A stretch of 64,000 bases of DNA from an uncultured Desulfospira sp. (GTDB lineage: Bacteria; Desulfobacterota; Desulfobacteria; Desulfobacterales; Desulfobacteraceae): assembly GCA_963663165.1 (NCBI GenBank), contig OY760175.1, positions 6,240,001 through 6,304,000 on the forward strand, read 5' to 3'. Positions 61,909 through 64,000 of this stretch are shown in pieces. How positions within the stretch are numbered: the stretch's first letter is position 1; each line of letters starts with the position of its first letter. The translations under genes and the position numbers were made by a program. The notes under the pieces are model-generated. The model ran no database searches and was not told where the DNA came from. It was given only the letters and a program-made list of their open reading frames with translations.

Positions 61909-63318
61909 ATGGAAAACCAGAACAAAAAACGAGACCCTTATCTATGGGAAGCGCTGATATCCATCCTTGGTCTGATTGTCTTTATCAGCCTTGCGGTGCT
62001 GCGCTATGAAACCGACCCCCAGGTGCCCATTCTGCTTGGGGTCTTTGTGGCTGCCATGGTGGGGCTGCGGGCCGGGTATACCTGGAAGGATATTGAAACC
62101 GGGATGCTCAACGGCATCACCAATTCGCTGCAGGCCATTGTGATCCTGGCCGTCATCGGTATTCTCATCGGTGTCTGGATCACCGCCGGCGTGGTGCCTA
62201 CATTGCTGACTTACGGCCTTAAAATCCTGCACCCCATGATCTTTTTGCCGGCCACCTTGATTATCTGTTCCATCGCCTCCCTTGCCACCGGGTCTTCCTG
62301 GGGCACCTCGGGCACCATTGGTATCGCCCTGATCGGTATCGGCAACGGGCTGGGGTTCCCTTTGCCAGTGGTGGCCGGGGCCGTGCTTTCCGGGGCCTAT
62401 TTCGGCGATAAAATGTCGCCGCTGTCCGACACCACCAACCTGGCGCCGGCCATGGTGGGCACCGATCTTTACACCCATATCAAACACATGATGTATACCA
62501 CCGGTGTCAGTTACCTGCTCACCCTTGTGATTGAAATTGTGCTGGGCTTTTGTTACGGGGGCGGACAGGCCGACATGGAGAGCGTGACTCAGATCCTGTC
62601 CGGTATTGAGTCCCAGTTCAGCATCAACCCGCTGCTGCTGCTGCCCCCGGCCATTGTCATGGCCCTGGCCTTTAAGAAGGTGGCGGCCATTCCGGGGATC
62701 ACCTTCGGCATTTTGTCCGCCGGTCTTTTAGGGTGGATTTTCCAGGGCAGCTCCTTCGGGGATCTGCTGTCCGCTGCCTATGGCGGGTATACCAGCAATA
62801 CCGGTGTGGAAGCCGTGGACAACCTTCTGACCAAAGGCGGGTTTGAATCCATGATGTACACCGTGTCCCTGGTCATCTGCGCCATGATGTACGGCGGCAT
62901 CATGGAAAAAACCAACCAGCTGCGGGTGGTGGTGGGGGTTATTCTCAAAAAAGCCCGGTCCACCGGGTCTCTGGTTACGGCCACCATCCTCACCGCCATT
63001 GGGTCCAACCTGATCCTGTGCGACCAGTACATGTCCATTGTGATGACGGGAAAAATGTATGCCCAGTCCTACCGGGACATGGGGCTTGCCCCGAAAAATC
63101 TGTCCCGGGCCATTGAGGACAGCGCCACGGTAACGGCCAACCTGGTGCCCTGGAACTCCGGCGGAGCCTATCAGGCAGCTACTCTGGGGGTGCCCACCCT
63201 GGCCTATCTGCCCTTTAATTTTTTTTGCTGGATTTCACCCCTGGTCTCCATGGCTTACGGCTGGTTCAACATCACCATTCATCCTCTGGACGATGACCTG
63301 GAAACGCCGGAGGACTGA
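61909..63318 (+). CDS. nhaC: NhaC-family antiporter/transporter
   Basis: ATGSSWGTSGTIG, GAYFGDKMSPLSDTTNLA, LSRAIEDSAT, LVPWN. Confidence 0.9.
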   Translation: MENQNKKRDPYLWEALISILGLIVFISLAVLRYETDPQVPILLGVFVAAMVGLRAGYTWKDIETGMLNGITNSLQAIVILAVIGILIGVWITAGVVPTLLTYGLKILHPMIFLPATLIICSIASLATGSSWGTSGTIGIALIGIGNGLGFPLPVVAGAVLSGAYFGDKMSPLSDTTNLAPAMVGTDLYTHIKHMMYTTGVSYLLTLVIEIVLGFCYGGGQADMESVTQILSGIESQFSINPLLLLPPAIVMALAFKKVAAIPGITFGILSAGLLGWIFQGSSFGDLLSAAYGGYTSNTGVEAVDNLLTKGGFESMMYTVSLVICAMMYGGIMEKTNQLRVVVGVILKKARSTGSLVTATILTAIGSNLILCDQYMSIVMTGKMYAQSYRDMGLAPKNLSRAIEDSATVTANLVPWNSGGAYQAATLGVPTLAYLPFNFFCWISPLVSMAYGWFNITIHPLDDDLETPED

Positions 63319-63380
63319 TCCGGACGAATTGTCCTGTTTTGGCCCTGGATGAACGGCGTTAACGCTAAGGAGAAAACAAC

Positions 63381-64000
63381 ATGGGTTACCATAATTTTAT
63401 AACCACACTGGCAAGATGCCTGTTGATCGGGGTTCTTTCGGGCCTGAGCCTTGCCCCGGTATGGGCGGCGGGCAGCAACACCCCGTCTGTTCTCGATGAG
63501 ATTAAAGCGCGCAAAGAGCTTCGGATCGGCGTGGAAGCCGGTTACATGCCCTTTGAGATGATCGACAAACGAAGCGGTGTCCGCCAGATGGACATCCGCC
63601 ACGGGGGAACCCGGCGCAAGGGCCGCCAGCTCAGCCTCATGGGCTTTGACATTGATATGGGCATTGAAATGGCAAAGGCCTTAGGGGTCAAGGCGGTTTT
63701 TTTTGACACCCTCTGGCCCAGTATTATCCCGGCCCTTAACCTGGAACAGTTTGATGTGATTTTCGGCGGCATGTCGGTGACTGAAGAGCGCAAGGCCAAG
63801 GTCGATTTTGCCGACCCCTTCATGGTGATCGGCCAGACCGTGCTGGTCAATGGGAAACACAAGGATAATGTAAAATCTTACCTGGATTTAAATGATCTGT
63901 CCTTTACAGTGGTGTCCAAGCCCGGAACAACCGGCGAAGCCGCTGTCAAGGCCTATCTGCCCAAAGCCGTCTATGTGACGGCCGGAACCGAGATGGACGG
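63381..64000 (+). CDS. Polar amino-acid ABC substrate-binding protein (SBP_bac_3), 3'-truncated by window edge
   Basis: Not in the ORF track (no stop). Translates MGYHNF...LRIGVEAGYMPFEM...GFDIDMG..MAKALGVK...W.SIIPAL...GGMSVTEER; ATG after AAGGAG. Confidence 0.88.
   Translation, partial: MGYHNFITTLARCLLIGVLSGLSLAPVWAAGSNTPSVLDEIKARKELRIGVEAGYMPFEMIDKRSGVRQMDIRHGGTRRKGRQLSLMGFDIDMGIEMAKALGVKAVFFDTLWPSIIPALNLEQFDVIFGGMSVTEERKAKVDFADPFMVIGQTVLVNGKHKDNVKSYLDLNDLSFTVVSKPGTTGEAAVKAYLPKAVYVTAGTEMD

Overview
Chromosomal window from a GC-rich bacterium. Gene content suggests a Desulfobacteraceae-type sulfate reducer, which is an inference from protein styles, not a search result. It holds about 45 intact genes. 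Metabolism and repair: OadB-type decarboxylase beta subunit (5' partial), arginase, a DUF1998 helicase fused to a DEDD exonuclease, AcuI/MaoC/DMT, a LarA-like protein facing an FAD/Fe-S oxidoreductase, HisJ-family phosphatase, and a GT4 plus methyltransferase pair. Polyphosphate locus: ppx divergent from a small RHH gene, CHAD, ParA and CYTH. Division, redox and stress: a DUF362/polyferredoxin pair, an FtsK lacking the usual membrane anchor whose N-terminus looks like ZapA, perR-katG and two USPs. Signalling: two hybrid histidine kinases, an MCP and an Amt-PAS-GGDEF-EAL fusion. Housekeeping: rpsU, folC and tRNA-Arg(CCG). Transport and surface: a TetR-AcrAB-OprM efflux operon, two PEP-CTERM/VPLPA-CTERM proteins, NhaC and an amino-acid binding protein (3' partial). 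There are several gene remnants, including a metallophosphoesterase::pilC deletion scar. Intergenic DNA is packed with at least five families of short non-coding repeats. These include a MITE with 18-bp terminal inverted repeats and a perfect 10-bp target duplication, and hairpins built from 6-7-nt periodic units, nested inside one another. No CRISPR array, transposase, integrase or rRNA was seen. The best candidates for an undescribed system are (1) the ParA+CHAD+RHH+CYTH/Ppx locus as a possible polyphosphate-granule positioning system and (2) the ZapA-FtsK fusion. All domain calls are by eye from motifs; no database searches were run.
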